Of a DNA stretch of 64,000 nucleotides, positions 57,018-64,000 are shown piece by piece. Within the stretch, counting starts at the first letter, position 1. Every line of letters begins with the position of its first letter. This stretch comes from an uncultured Clostridia bacterium (GTDB taxonomy: Bacteria; Bacillota; Clostridia; Oscillospirales; Ruminococcaceae). The position numbers and the translations under genes were made by a program. The stretch covers positions 29,699-93,698 of the forward strand of contig CALWZE010000013.1 of assembly GCA_944385925.1 (NCBI GenBank). The letters run 5' to 3'. Below the pieces are notes generated by a model, which saw nothing but the letters and a program-made list of their open reading frames with translations, did no database searches and was not told the DNA's origin.

Positions 57018-57272
57018 TCAGTTTTGCTCTGCCAGCGCTTCCTCAAGCGCCTGTGCCAGCTGATCCGGACAGGAGGTCGGCTTGCGTCCGCAGCGGATTC
57101 CCTTAAGTTTCCGGATCACTTCTTCCGCCGGCCGGCCGGCGCACAGCGCGCAGATTCCCTTAAGATTTCCATCGCAGCCGCCGACAAAGGCGACCGATTC
57201 CAGAATACCGTTTTCGATTTTTACCGTCGTTGAGCTGGAGCAGGTTCCCTTGTTTCTTCTTGTGTAAACCAT
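57018..57272 (-). CDS. TSCPD-domain protein (TIGR03905-like)
   Basis: 84 aa with GTCSS...VAFVGGCDGNLKG...GIRCG...TSCPDQL motifs. Confidence 0.8.
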   Translation of the reverse strand: MVYTRRNKGTCSSSTTVKIENGILESVAFVGGCDGNLKGICALCAGRPAEEVIRKLKGIRCGRKPTSCPDQLAQALEEALAEQN

Positions 57273-57404
57273 AAAACGTCTCTTTTCCTTTTTTCTTTTC
57301 CGGTCAGCAGTGATTTATCCGGCATTATTTTTATATCATAGCTTTTTGGCCGTGTCCAATCTGTGAGAACGTCACACAGCTATTTCTTTTTCGAGCAGAG
57401 AAAC

Positions 57405-59114
57405 TCAATCGTTGAGTTTTTCAAGAATATCGCGCACCTCGGCAGGCTGAATTTTGCGCACCCGGCGATCATAGGTCACAAATCCGTTCAGCTCATCCTC
57501 CACATCGGACAGCTGGGTATACACGCTTGCGCAAAGTCCCTTTTCTTTCGCGGGCAGAATCTCCTTTTCATAAAGCCGCCGGAATCCCTCCACAAGCTCC
57601 TGCTTGTTTTTAAAGCGCCTGTATCCGAAGTCGCTTTCGGAAAAGGTATGGCCGTCTACGCGGAGCGCATAGCCGCCAAACTCGGTCAGCGCAACCGCGC
57701 GCCCGCCTTTATCCGGCCGGAACCGGTAAGGCCGGAAATACACACGCAGGCTTCGGAAGCTGCCGCCTCCCTGATCGTGCCACCCGCTCGCATGGTCTAT
57801 CGGACGGGTGCCGTCCAGCGCGTCAATTTTTTCGCAGGCTTTCAGCGCGTCAAATTGTCCCCATCCCTCGTTAAAAGGGACCCAGACCGCAAGGCAGGTC
57901 ACATTTTGCAGCTGACGCACCGTTTCCTCCATTTCCGCCAGATATTGCGCCCGCCCGAGGGGATTCTCCCGCGCAAAAGCCCTGTAGTCGTCGTCTCTGT
58001 GTGAGCCGCCGAAGAGCACGGGCAAAGTCACGATCGACGTTTTGTAAGGCCCGCCGCCGTTAACCATGTCCTGCCAGACCAGCATGCCGATCCGGTCGCA
58101 GTGATAGTACCAGCGCATCGGCTCAATTTTGATATGTTTGCGCAGCATATTGAAGCCGAGCGACTTCATGTAGCGTATATCCGATATCATCGCGTCGTCG
58201 CTCGGCGCGGTCAGGAGCCCGTCGCTCCAATAGCCCTGGTCCAGCACGCCGTTATTGAAATAGGGGCGGTTGTTCAGGAAAAAGCGCGGTTTTCCGCTCT
58301 CATCCTCCCGCACCTCAAACTTCCGCATCCCAAAATAGCTCTCTATCCTGTCGCTGCCAAGTTTGACCGTCAGCGCATACAGATTCGGCGTTTCCGGCGT
58401 CCAGGGCTCGCAGTTTCCGGCCGACACAAGGATCGGCTGATTGGTTCGGCCGCGAACAGTAATACCCGCCGCCGTCACGCTGCAAACCGCGTCCGCATCG
58501 GATTCCACCGTTACCTGCACCGCCTTTTGATCAAAAAGCGGCGTGATCACAAGCCGTTTTACATGCTTTTCCGGCACAGGCTCCAGCCAAACGCTTTGCC
58601 ATATTCCGCTTTGGGGCGTATACCATATTCCGCCCCGCGCCAGCTTCTGTTTGCCGCGGGAAAAGAAGGAGGTGTCGCTCCGGTCCTCTGCGCACAGCGA
58701 CAGTTCGTTTTCTCCCCGCTGCAAAAGCTCGGTAATATCCAGCGTAAAAGCGGTATAGCCGCCGGTATGGGTTCCGGCACATCTGCCGTTTACATAGACC
58801 TCGCAGCTCTGATCGACCGCCCCGAAATGCAGCAGCACACGGCTTCTGTTCCAGCCCCTGGGCAGCGTAAAAGTCCGCCTGTACCAGAGAAATCCGCCGG
58901 GCTTCAGCATTGTTCCAACGCCGGACAGCTCGCATTCGGGGGAAAACGGCACAAGAATTTTGCCCGACCAGGCGGCGGGACGCTTGATCGAATCGGTAAA
59001 CGCGTATTCCCATTCGCCGTTGAGATTCACCCATTTTTCCCGACGCATCTGCGGCCGGGGATAATCAGGCAATATATTTTGCGGATCAAGCCGTTCGCCC
59101 CAGATTGTTTTCAT
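57405..59114 (-). CDS. Glycoside hydrolase family 2 (beta-galactosidase/beta-glucuronidase-like)
   Basis: 569 aa with a sugar-binding N-domain and a TIM barrel. Candidate acid/base is in VPFNEGWG and candidate nucleophile in LTEFGG. It overlaps the upstream MFS gene by 4 nt. Confidence 0.85.
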   Translation of the reverse strand: MKTIWGERLDPQNILPDYPRPQMRREKWVNLNGEWEYAFTDSIKRPAAWSGKILVPFSPECELSGVGTMLKPGGFLWYRRTFTLPRGWNRSRVLLHFGAVDQSCEVYVNGRCAGTHTGGYTAFTLDITELLQRGENELSLCAEDRSDTSFFSRGKQKLARGGIWYTPQSGIWQSVWLEPVPEKHVKRLVITPLFDQKAVQVTVESDADAVCSVTAAGITVRGRTNQPILVSAGNCEPWTPETPNLYALTVKLGSDRIESYFGMRKFEVREDESGKPRFFLNNRPYFNNGVLDQGYWSDGLLTAPSDDAMISDIRYMKSLGFNMLRKHIKIEPMRWYYHCDRIGMLVWQDMVNGGGPYKTSIVTLPVLFGGSHRDDDYRAFARENPLGRAQYLAEMEETVRQLQNVTCLAVWVPFNEGWGQFDALKACEKIDALDGTRPIDHASGWHDQGGGSFRSLRVYFRPYRFRPDKGGRAVALTEFGGYALRVDGHTFSESDFGYRRFKNKQELVEGFRRLYEKEILPAKEKGLCASVYTQLSDVEDELNGFVTYDRRVRKIQPAEVRDILEKLND

Positions 59115-60382
59115 CTTTTCTCCTCCCTGTTAAGCGCAAAAACCGGAATCAGAACCAGCAGCAGCGCCAGCGCCGCCGCAAGAAACACGGCAGGCGTCGG
59201 CACGGTTTTTGTCACGCCCAATTCCGTATAAGTTTCGCCGCCCTTGCGGATAACGGCGGCGCCGATATATGGGCCGATCACCATTGGCAGCAGCACGGCG
59301 CAGATCATCCGGATTCCCTGAAAGCTGCCGGCGCGGTGCGGCGGCGTGTAATCGCGCACCAATGCGCCGAGAATAGCGGTAACCAGCATATAGCCGGACA
59401 TCATGACGCTGCCCGCCAGCGCGGCGGCCCAGAAAGCGCGCGCAGCGTACATTCCCAGCAATCCGGCAAACATCAGCGCACAGGCGGGCAGAACGACCCG
59501 CAGTTTCCCGATTCTGTCGATCAATCCGCCGCTCAAAACCGAGACCGCCGAAGCGATGATCAGCACAATGCCGAGCAGCACGGCGTAGTTTTCAAAGCCG
59601 AGATATTTCTGTATGTAAATAATGAGATAGGGAAAGAAGATCTGCACCGCGACCGAAAACACAAACAGCGCGCTCAGCGCAAGATACAGCTTGCGGTTGT
59701 CCCGCAATACCGCGGGACGAAACCCATACAAAATATCGCTGAAATACCCATGCTGCCTGACCGGCGACGCGGATTCCCGCATGAGGACCGCACACAGAAA
59801 ACCGGTCAATGTGACCAGCGAGCCAAACAGCAGGAAAAATGTCTGCCACTGGCCGCTGCGGGTCATGCCGTCAAAGCCGCCGAAAATGACCAGCATAGAA
59901 ATCAGAGGCAGCACGGCGAGCACCGACTCCACACGGCCCCGGTTGCTCTGGTCGGTTATGTCGGTCACATAAGCGTTAAAAGCGGCGTCGTTCGCGGTCG
60001 ACCCGAAAAAGGTCATCACACAGTCCATTATAATTACCATCCACGCCGCGGCAGAAACGGCGTTTGCCGCCGGGAACCACTTTGCGGCATTGTCCAGCGT
60101 GATAAACCCGAAGGAAATGGTCGACAAACCCCATAGGATATACCCCCAGACGATCAGCGGCTTGCGGCGGCCGATCCGGTCGGACAGCGTCCCCATCAGC
60201 AGCGCGGTCAGGGTTGCAGCAATGGCGCTTGCCGCCACCATGTTGGCGATATAAACCGGATCGCTCGCGATCGTGTTGTAAAGATAGACGTTAAAATACA
60301 TGTTTTCAATCGTCCAGGCAAATTGGCCTGTGATGCCGACAAGCAAGATCACAGCCCAACTGCGTTTGCCGAGTTTTGCCAT
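59111..60382 (-). CDS. MFS-type glycoside transporter
   Basis: 423 aa, 12 TM segments, LSDRIGRRKP loop motif. It is translationally coupled to the GH2 gene. Confidence 0.85.
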   Translation of the reverse strand: MAKLGKRSWAVILLVGITGQFAWTIENMYFNVYLYNTIASDPVYIANMVAASAIAATLTALLMGTLSDRIGRRKPLIVWGYILWGLSTISFGFITLDNAAKWFPAANAVSAAAWMVIIMDCVMTFFGSTANDAAFNAYVTDITDQSNRGRVESVLAVLPLISMLVIFGGFDGMTRSGQWQTFFLLFGSLVTLTGFLCAVLMRESASPVRQHGYFSDILYGFRPAVLRDNRKLYLALSALFVFSVAVQIFFPYLIIYIQKYLGFENYAVLLGIVLIIASAVSVLSGGLIDRIGKLRVVLPACALMFAGLLGMYAARAFWAAALAGSVMMSGYMLVTAILGALVRDYTPPHRAGSFQGIRMICAVLLPMVIGPYIGAAVIRKGGETYTELGVTKTVPTPAVFLAAALALLLVLIPVFALNREEKR

Positions 60383-60539
60383 TCCCTTTTCCTTCCTTTC
60401 GCGGCCACCATGCTTTTTATTTTATTCTGACTGTTTCCAAATTGGCTGTCAAGGCAAAAATTGCGTTTTTAGTGATTGTCAAAACCGCCGAAAAGCATTA
60501 TTATTGTATTGTTATTGACTTGGAAGAGGTTTTCCGTTT

Positions 60540-61502
60540 ATGAACATAACCGTGATCGGCTGCGGGCGCTGGGGGTCGTTTATCACCTGGTACCTCTCCC
60601 GCATTGGACATACCGTCGCGCTTTATGGGCGCGCTGAATCTGCGCGGATGCGCGCTTTTTGCGAAACACGCACCAATGGTCTTGTCACGCTCGGCCCGCA
60701 GGTCGAGCTGACCCATGATTTATCCCGGGCGCTTTGCTCGGACGCCGTCGTCATTTCCATCAATTCACAGGGACTTGCCGCGCTGGCCGCTGAATTACGC
60801 TGTGCCGGACTGCGGGACAAGCTCGTGATTCTCTGCATGAAAGGTCTGGAAGTCGGCACCGGCCGGCGGCTGTCCGAGATTGCAAAAGCGGGTCTTGATC
60901 CCTCCAACCGCATCGCGGTATGGCTCGGACCCGGCCACGTGCAGGAATTTTGCCGCGGCGTGCCCAACTGCATGGTCATTGACAGTGAGCAGGAGGACGC
61001 CAAGCGGTACCTGGTCGATGCGTTTTCTTCCGACCTCATACGCTTTTACTATGGGCAGGATCTGCTCGGGAACGAGGTCGGCGCAGCTTCCAAAAACGTT
61101 GTCGGCATCGCAGCAGGCATGCTGGACGGTCTGGGACTCAGTTCGCTGAAAGGCGCGCTGATGTCCCGCGGAACCAGAGAAATCGCCCGGCTTATCCGCG
61201 CAATGGGCGGAGACGAGCTTTCCGCCTATGGTCTTTGCCATCTCGGCGACTATGAAGCAACCGTCTTTTCCCAATACAGCCACAACCGGCAATATGGGGA
61301 AAGCTTTGTGCGGGGAGAGCGCTTTGAGGCGCTGGCGGAAGGCTGCTACACCGTACAGGCCCTCATGACCCTCGGCACGCGCTATGAGGTGGAGCTTCCC
61401 ATCTGCGCCGCGGTCAACGCGGTGCTCTATCAGCAGGCGGACCCGCGCGATTCGATCAGCGCGCTGTTTGAACGAAGCCTGAAAAATGAGTTTTACCTTT
61501 AA
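60540..61502 (+). CDS. NAD(P)H-dependent glycerol-3-phosphate dehydrogenase family protein (divergent GpsA paralogue)
   Basis: N-terminal Rossmann fold ITVIGCGRWGS, with MKGLE and GPGHVQE motifs aligning to GpsA KGIE and GPSxAxE. 320 aa. Confidence 0.75.
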   Translation: MNITVIGCGRWGSFITWYLSRIGHTVALYGRAESARMRAFCETRTNGLVTLGPQVELTHDLSRALCSDAVVISINSQGLAALAAELRCAGLRDKLVILCMKGLEVGTGRRLSEIAKAGLDPSNRIAVWLGPGHVQEFCRGVPNCMVIDSEQEDAKRYLVDAFSSDLIRFYYGQDLLGNEVGAASKNVVGIAAGMLDGLGLSSLKGALMSRGTREIARLIRAMGGDELSAYGLCHLGDYEATVFSQYSHNRQYGESFVRGERFEALAEGCYTVQALMTLGTRYEVELPICAAVNAVLYQQADPRDSISALFERSLKNEFYL

Positions 61503-61527
61503 ATTAATCTGAACAGGGAGTAATTCT

Positions 61528-62454
61528 GTGAGCAAGCTTGGCATTTTTAAAAAAGAGCTGGAACTCAGCCGGGACGGCGATATTGTTTACGGCAGATGCG
61601 GCGACTATATCGTAACCTTTTCCGAGCAAAACCGTGAAGTCGAGCTGTTTGTGGATGCGCGGCTGGGCCGGGTGGACAGCGGCGCAATCGACGAGCTGAA
61701 GGCCTTTGTTCAGGCGAGCGCCGCGGGATATAAACTGGTGAGTTTCAGCATGACCTCTACCGGCGCGAGCGTGGTCGTCGCAAAAAAGAACGCCTCTCTT
61801 CTGCTGGAATTCAGCGCTCTGCTGATCAGCCAGCTGAAAACCCTTGGAATACCCGGTGCGGGGATTTGCAGCAACTGCGGACAGCCGATGGGTTCCTACA
61901 ATATAGTCAGAATTGCCAACCACGCGCATGCCTGCGATTCGGAATGCGCCTCCCGGCTGCTGGCCGGCGCCTCAAGGCAGCAGCCGGTCTATGTCCGCCA
62001 GCAGGGCTCTTTTCTCGGCTTTATGGGAGCGCTTCTTTTCGTGCTGCTTGCGGCCGCCGCTTATGCATATCTTGCGCTGAATTCTTATTTCTGCGCCTGG
62101 GTCGCGGTTATTATGCCGATCGCTGCCAGCCTCGGTTATGCTCTGTTTGGCGGGAAACCCTGTGCAGGCAAGGGCACCTCGGTTCTGCTTTTGCCGCTGC
62201 TTTTCTTTTCCGGCGCGGCGTTTTTCGTGCTGCTTTACTCGGTCTATCTTCACTGGATCGATCTTGGATATGTCTTCAGCTTGCGCGAACTGATTTCGCT
62301 GGTTTCCAAAAACCTCACCGCGCCGGTTCTCAAAAGCGAATATCTCTACAAACAGGTTGCGGAGGGTTTTGTCTTCCTGCTGATCGGTTATATTTTCAGT
62401 CTGCCGCAGGCGTTTTCCAAAAAGCAGCAGCCGCGCGTTCGGGAGCTTAGCTGA
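61528..62454 (+). CDS. Hypothetical membrane protein with a cytosolic N-domain and zinc-ribbon-like CxxC...CxxxC
   Basis: GTG start after AGGGAG. It carries CSNCGQPM...CDSEC followed by about 5 TM helices. No family recognised. Confidence 0.55.
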   Translation: MSKLGIFKKELELSRDGDIVYGRCGDYIVTFSEQNREVELFVDARLGRVDSGAIDELKAFVQASAAGYKLVSFSMTSTGASVVVAKKNASLLLEFSALLISQLKTLGIPGAGICSNCGQPMGSYNIVRIANHAHACDSECASRLLAGASRQQPVYVRQQGSFLGFMGALLFVLLAAAAYAYLALNSYFCAWVAVIMPIAASLGYALFGGKPCAGKGTSVLLLPLLFFSGAAFFVLLYSVYLHWIDLGYVFSLRELISLVSKNLTAPVLKSEYLYKQVAEGFVFLLIGYIFSLPQAFSKKQQPRVRELS

Positions 62455-62455
62455 G

Positions 62456-63049
62456 ATGGGGAAAATTGCCTGGAAGGGCGGCGCGCTGCTTGCACCGGTA
62501 CCGCCGACCCTTGTCACCTCGCAGTCGGACGAGCGGCGCAACGTTTTTACCGCCGCATGGACCGGAATCATTAATACGATCCCGCCCAAGACCTACATTT
62601 CCGTGCGTCCAAGCCGGCTGTCCTACGAACTGATTGCGAAAAGCGGCGGGTTTGTCGTCAATCTGCCGACCGAACGGCTTGCGCGCGCTGTGGATTTCTG
62701 CGGTGTGCGTTCCGGACGGGATCTGGATAAGTTTGAGGCGCTTGGCCTTCGAACCGAGCCGTCGCCGGTTCTCGGCCTGCCTATGCTCTGCGACAGCCCT
62801 GTCTGCCTGGAATGCCGCGTTTTTGAGACAATGCCGCTCGGCTCTCACGACATGTTCCTCGCGGATATTGTCGGTGTTTGTGTGGATGACGCGCTGCTGG
62901 ACGCCGCCGGAAGGCTGCGGCTGGACCGGGCGGGACTGCTCGCCTATGCGCACGGCGGCTACTATGCGCTTGGGCGATACCTTGGCCGGTTTGGCTTTTC
63001 GGTCATGAAGAAAAAAACGGCAAAGAAGAAGGCGGGAAACAGAAAATGA
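62456..63049 (+). CDS. Flavin reductase-like (FMN-binding split-barrel) protein
   Basis: PVPPTLVTS...NVFTAAWTG... fits the Flavin_Reduct domain. The C-terminus is lysine-rich. It starts 2 nt after the previous stop. Confidence 0.8.
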   Translation: MGKIAWKGGALLAPVPPTLVTSQSDERRNVFTAAWTGIINTIPPKTYISVRPSRLSYELIAKSGGFVVNLPTERLARAVDFCGVRSGRDLDKFEALGLRTEPSPVLGLPMLCDSPVCLECRVFETMPLGSHDMFLADIVGVCVDDALLDAAGRLRLDRAGLLAYAHGGYYALGRYLGRFGFSVMKKKTAKKKAGNRK

Positions 63050-63711
63050 GAATGAGAAGAAAACCATGGGCGCGCCCCGAGCTCGCGGCGTGCCCCTTTT
63101 TTGTGGACTATGCGCCGGATATGCTCGGCCGTTGGAAAGAGAGCTTTGCGCGGCCGGATCAGCCGCTTTTTATCGAACTTGGATGCGGCAAAGGCGCGTT
63201 CCTCGCCCATGAGGCCGCGCTGCATCCTGAAAGGAACTATCTCGCCATCGACCTGAAAAGCGAGGTACTGGTGATTGCCAAACGCGCCGCTGAACGGGAG
63301 TTCGATCTTGCCGGGCGGCCTGTGGATAATCTGCTCGCAATGAGCTGGGACATTGAGCGCATTCCGCAGATTCTGGATGCGCGAGATATGGCGGACACGC
63401 TTTACATCAACTTTCCCAATCCCTGGCCCAAGCCCAAACACTGGAAACGCCGTCTGACCCATCCGCGCCAGCTTTCCCTTTACCGCGCATTTCTTCGGGA
63501 CGGCGGCATGGTCTATTTTAAAACCGATGACGACGAACTTTTTCAGGACAGCCAGCGCTACTTTGCCCAGGCCGGTTTTGAACTTGTACGGGTCGAAGCC
63601 GATTACTATGCGGGAAACGTGCCGCAGGATGTTGTGCTCACCGAGCACGAGCAGATGTTTCTGAATCGCGGCCTCGCCGTCCATTACATCGAGGCGCGCA
63701 AGATGCCTTAA
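63046..63711 (+). CDS. trmB: tRNA (guanine46-N7)-methyltransferase
   Basis: LFIELGCGKGAFL SAM motif and NFPNPWPK motif. It overlaps the upstream gene by 4 nt. Confidence 0.9.
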   Translation: MRMRRKPWARPELAACPFFVDYAPDMLGRWKESFARPDQPLFIELGCGKGAFLAHEAALHPERNYLAIDLKSEVLVIAKRAAEREFDLAGRPVDNLLAMSWDIERIPQILDARDMADTLYINFPNPWPKPKHWKRRLTHPRQLSLYRAFLRDGGMVYFKTDDDELFQDSQRYFAQAGFELVRVEADYYAGNVPQDVVLTEHEQMFLNRGLAVHYIEARKMP

Positions 63712-64000
63712 CGGCGGGCAATCGTCTAGACGTTGCCTGCGTCATACCATTCATGTTCGCTGCATCCGCAAAGGCTTTGCGCCGTTGGTCCTTTACGCTG
63801 TTTTATAATTTCAGTGCCGGGCGTGCGCTGGATATTCAGATGGTTCACGGCACAAACGGTCAAAACTACTAATCCATCTGCTTTTATGTTAACCTCATCA
63901 CCTGAAATCCAATCTGACAGATTGGTATTCAGGTGATTCTTCTTTGCGTACGGCATGCCGGCAAGCTAGACATCTGCTAATTCAAGACGTGAAACGTTTG

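Noticed and set aside
12093-60136. Many other antisense ORFs of 200-540 aa, for example 12093-13145, 14632-15723, 19418-20596, 25887-26933, 26930-27973, 28590-30209, 37674-38813, 51272-52540, 54232-55014, 58101-59231 and 59105-60136.
   Set aside because: Each lies opposite a confidently identified gene in the stop-poor antisense register. Their translations are Arg/Gly/Ala/His-rich, and none has an RBS or a recognisable domain.
63726-63956. 76-aa minus-strand ORF (and an overlapping 67-aa plus-strand ORF) in the lower-GC stretch after trmB. The segment SGDEVNIKADGLVVL faintly recalls an AbrB/MazE-type swapped-hairpin strand.
   Set aside because: There is no RBS before the ATG and an in-frame stop lies 4 codons upstream. 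The resemblance covers about 15 residues only, and the window ends 44 nt later so context is missing.
1-64000. I looked for CRISPR arrays, tRNA/rRNA/tmRNA/RNase P signatures, IS elements or transposases, integrases, phage or defence-system genes, and DnaA-box or dif clusters.
   Set aside because: I saw no regularly spaced direct repeats and no GGTTCGAATCC-type T-loops. No transposase-, integrase-, nuclease- or helicase-like ORFs were present. Only isolated near-matches to TTATCCACA turned up. A computational repeat and covariance-model scan would be needed to be certain.

Overview
This window looks like a core-chromosome segment of an endospore-forming, fairly GC-rich Clostridia/Firmicutes genome. 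The evidence is spoIVA, Gram-positive lipoboxes, a CIRCE element, a Cheo-type LexA box and ECF S-components. About 57 protein genes are tightly packed, mostly on the minus strand. I saw no rRNA, tRNA, CRISPR array, transposase, integrase or phage genes.

Main content, in order:
- spoIVA, a flavodoxin and proS.
- A HAD phosphatase, a protein with three peptidoglycan-binding repeats, and folT behind a THF riboswitch.
- hsp20 behind a CIRCE operator, an FGGY kinase and xth.
- One co-directional string: Liv/HAAT-type ABC importer, dhaK, dhaL, a DhaR-like regulator and an ATC-hydrolase-like gene.
- A PAP2 phosphatase and a GNAT acetyltransferase.
- A divergent PPi-PFK / class II FBP aldolase pair.
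- An Opp/Dpp-type peptide ABC operon, divergent from an atypical FAD flavoprotein.
- An AT-rich GT-C-like membrane gene and a MATE exporter.
- recA (LexA box), recX, rimO, pgsA and cysS.
- A lipoprotein, an OmpR-type regulator, a histidine kinase, a DUF1385 protein and prmC.
- A UMF1 MFS transporter and two small ORFs.
- rarA, nth, and thiT behind a TPP riboswitch.
- A ClpA-type ATPase, a TSCPD protein, and an MFS transporter with a GH2 glycosidase.
- A gpsA-like gene, a zinc-ribbon membrane protein, a flavin reductase and trmB.

I did not find a clear new multi-gene system such as a defence island. The items most worth follow-up are:
1. The DhaR-like regulator with a decayed AAA+ core, and the dhaKL genes that lack dhaM and are strung onto a Liv-type importer.
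2. A promoter-to-terminator unit of about 290 nt upstream of proS that I cannot assign to any RNA class.
3. An orphan bidirectional terminator in the livJ/PAP2 intergenic region.
4. An ORF-free gap of about 540 bp bracketed by strong hairpins.
5. An NadB/SdhA-family flavoprotein that lacks the family's catalytic His and Arg.

All calls come from reading the sequence and ORF translations by eye. No database search was run.
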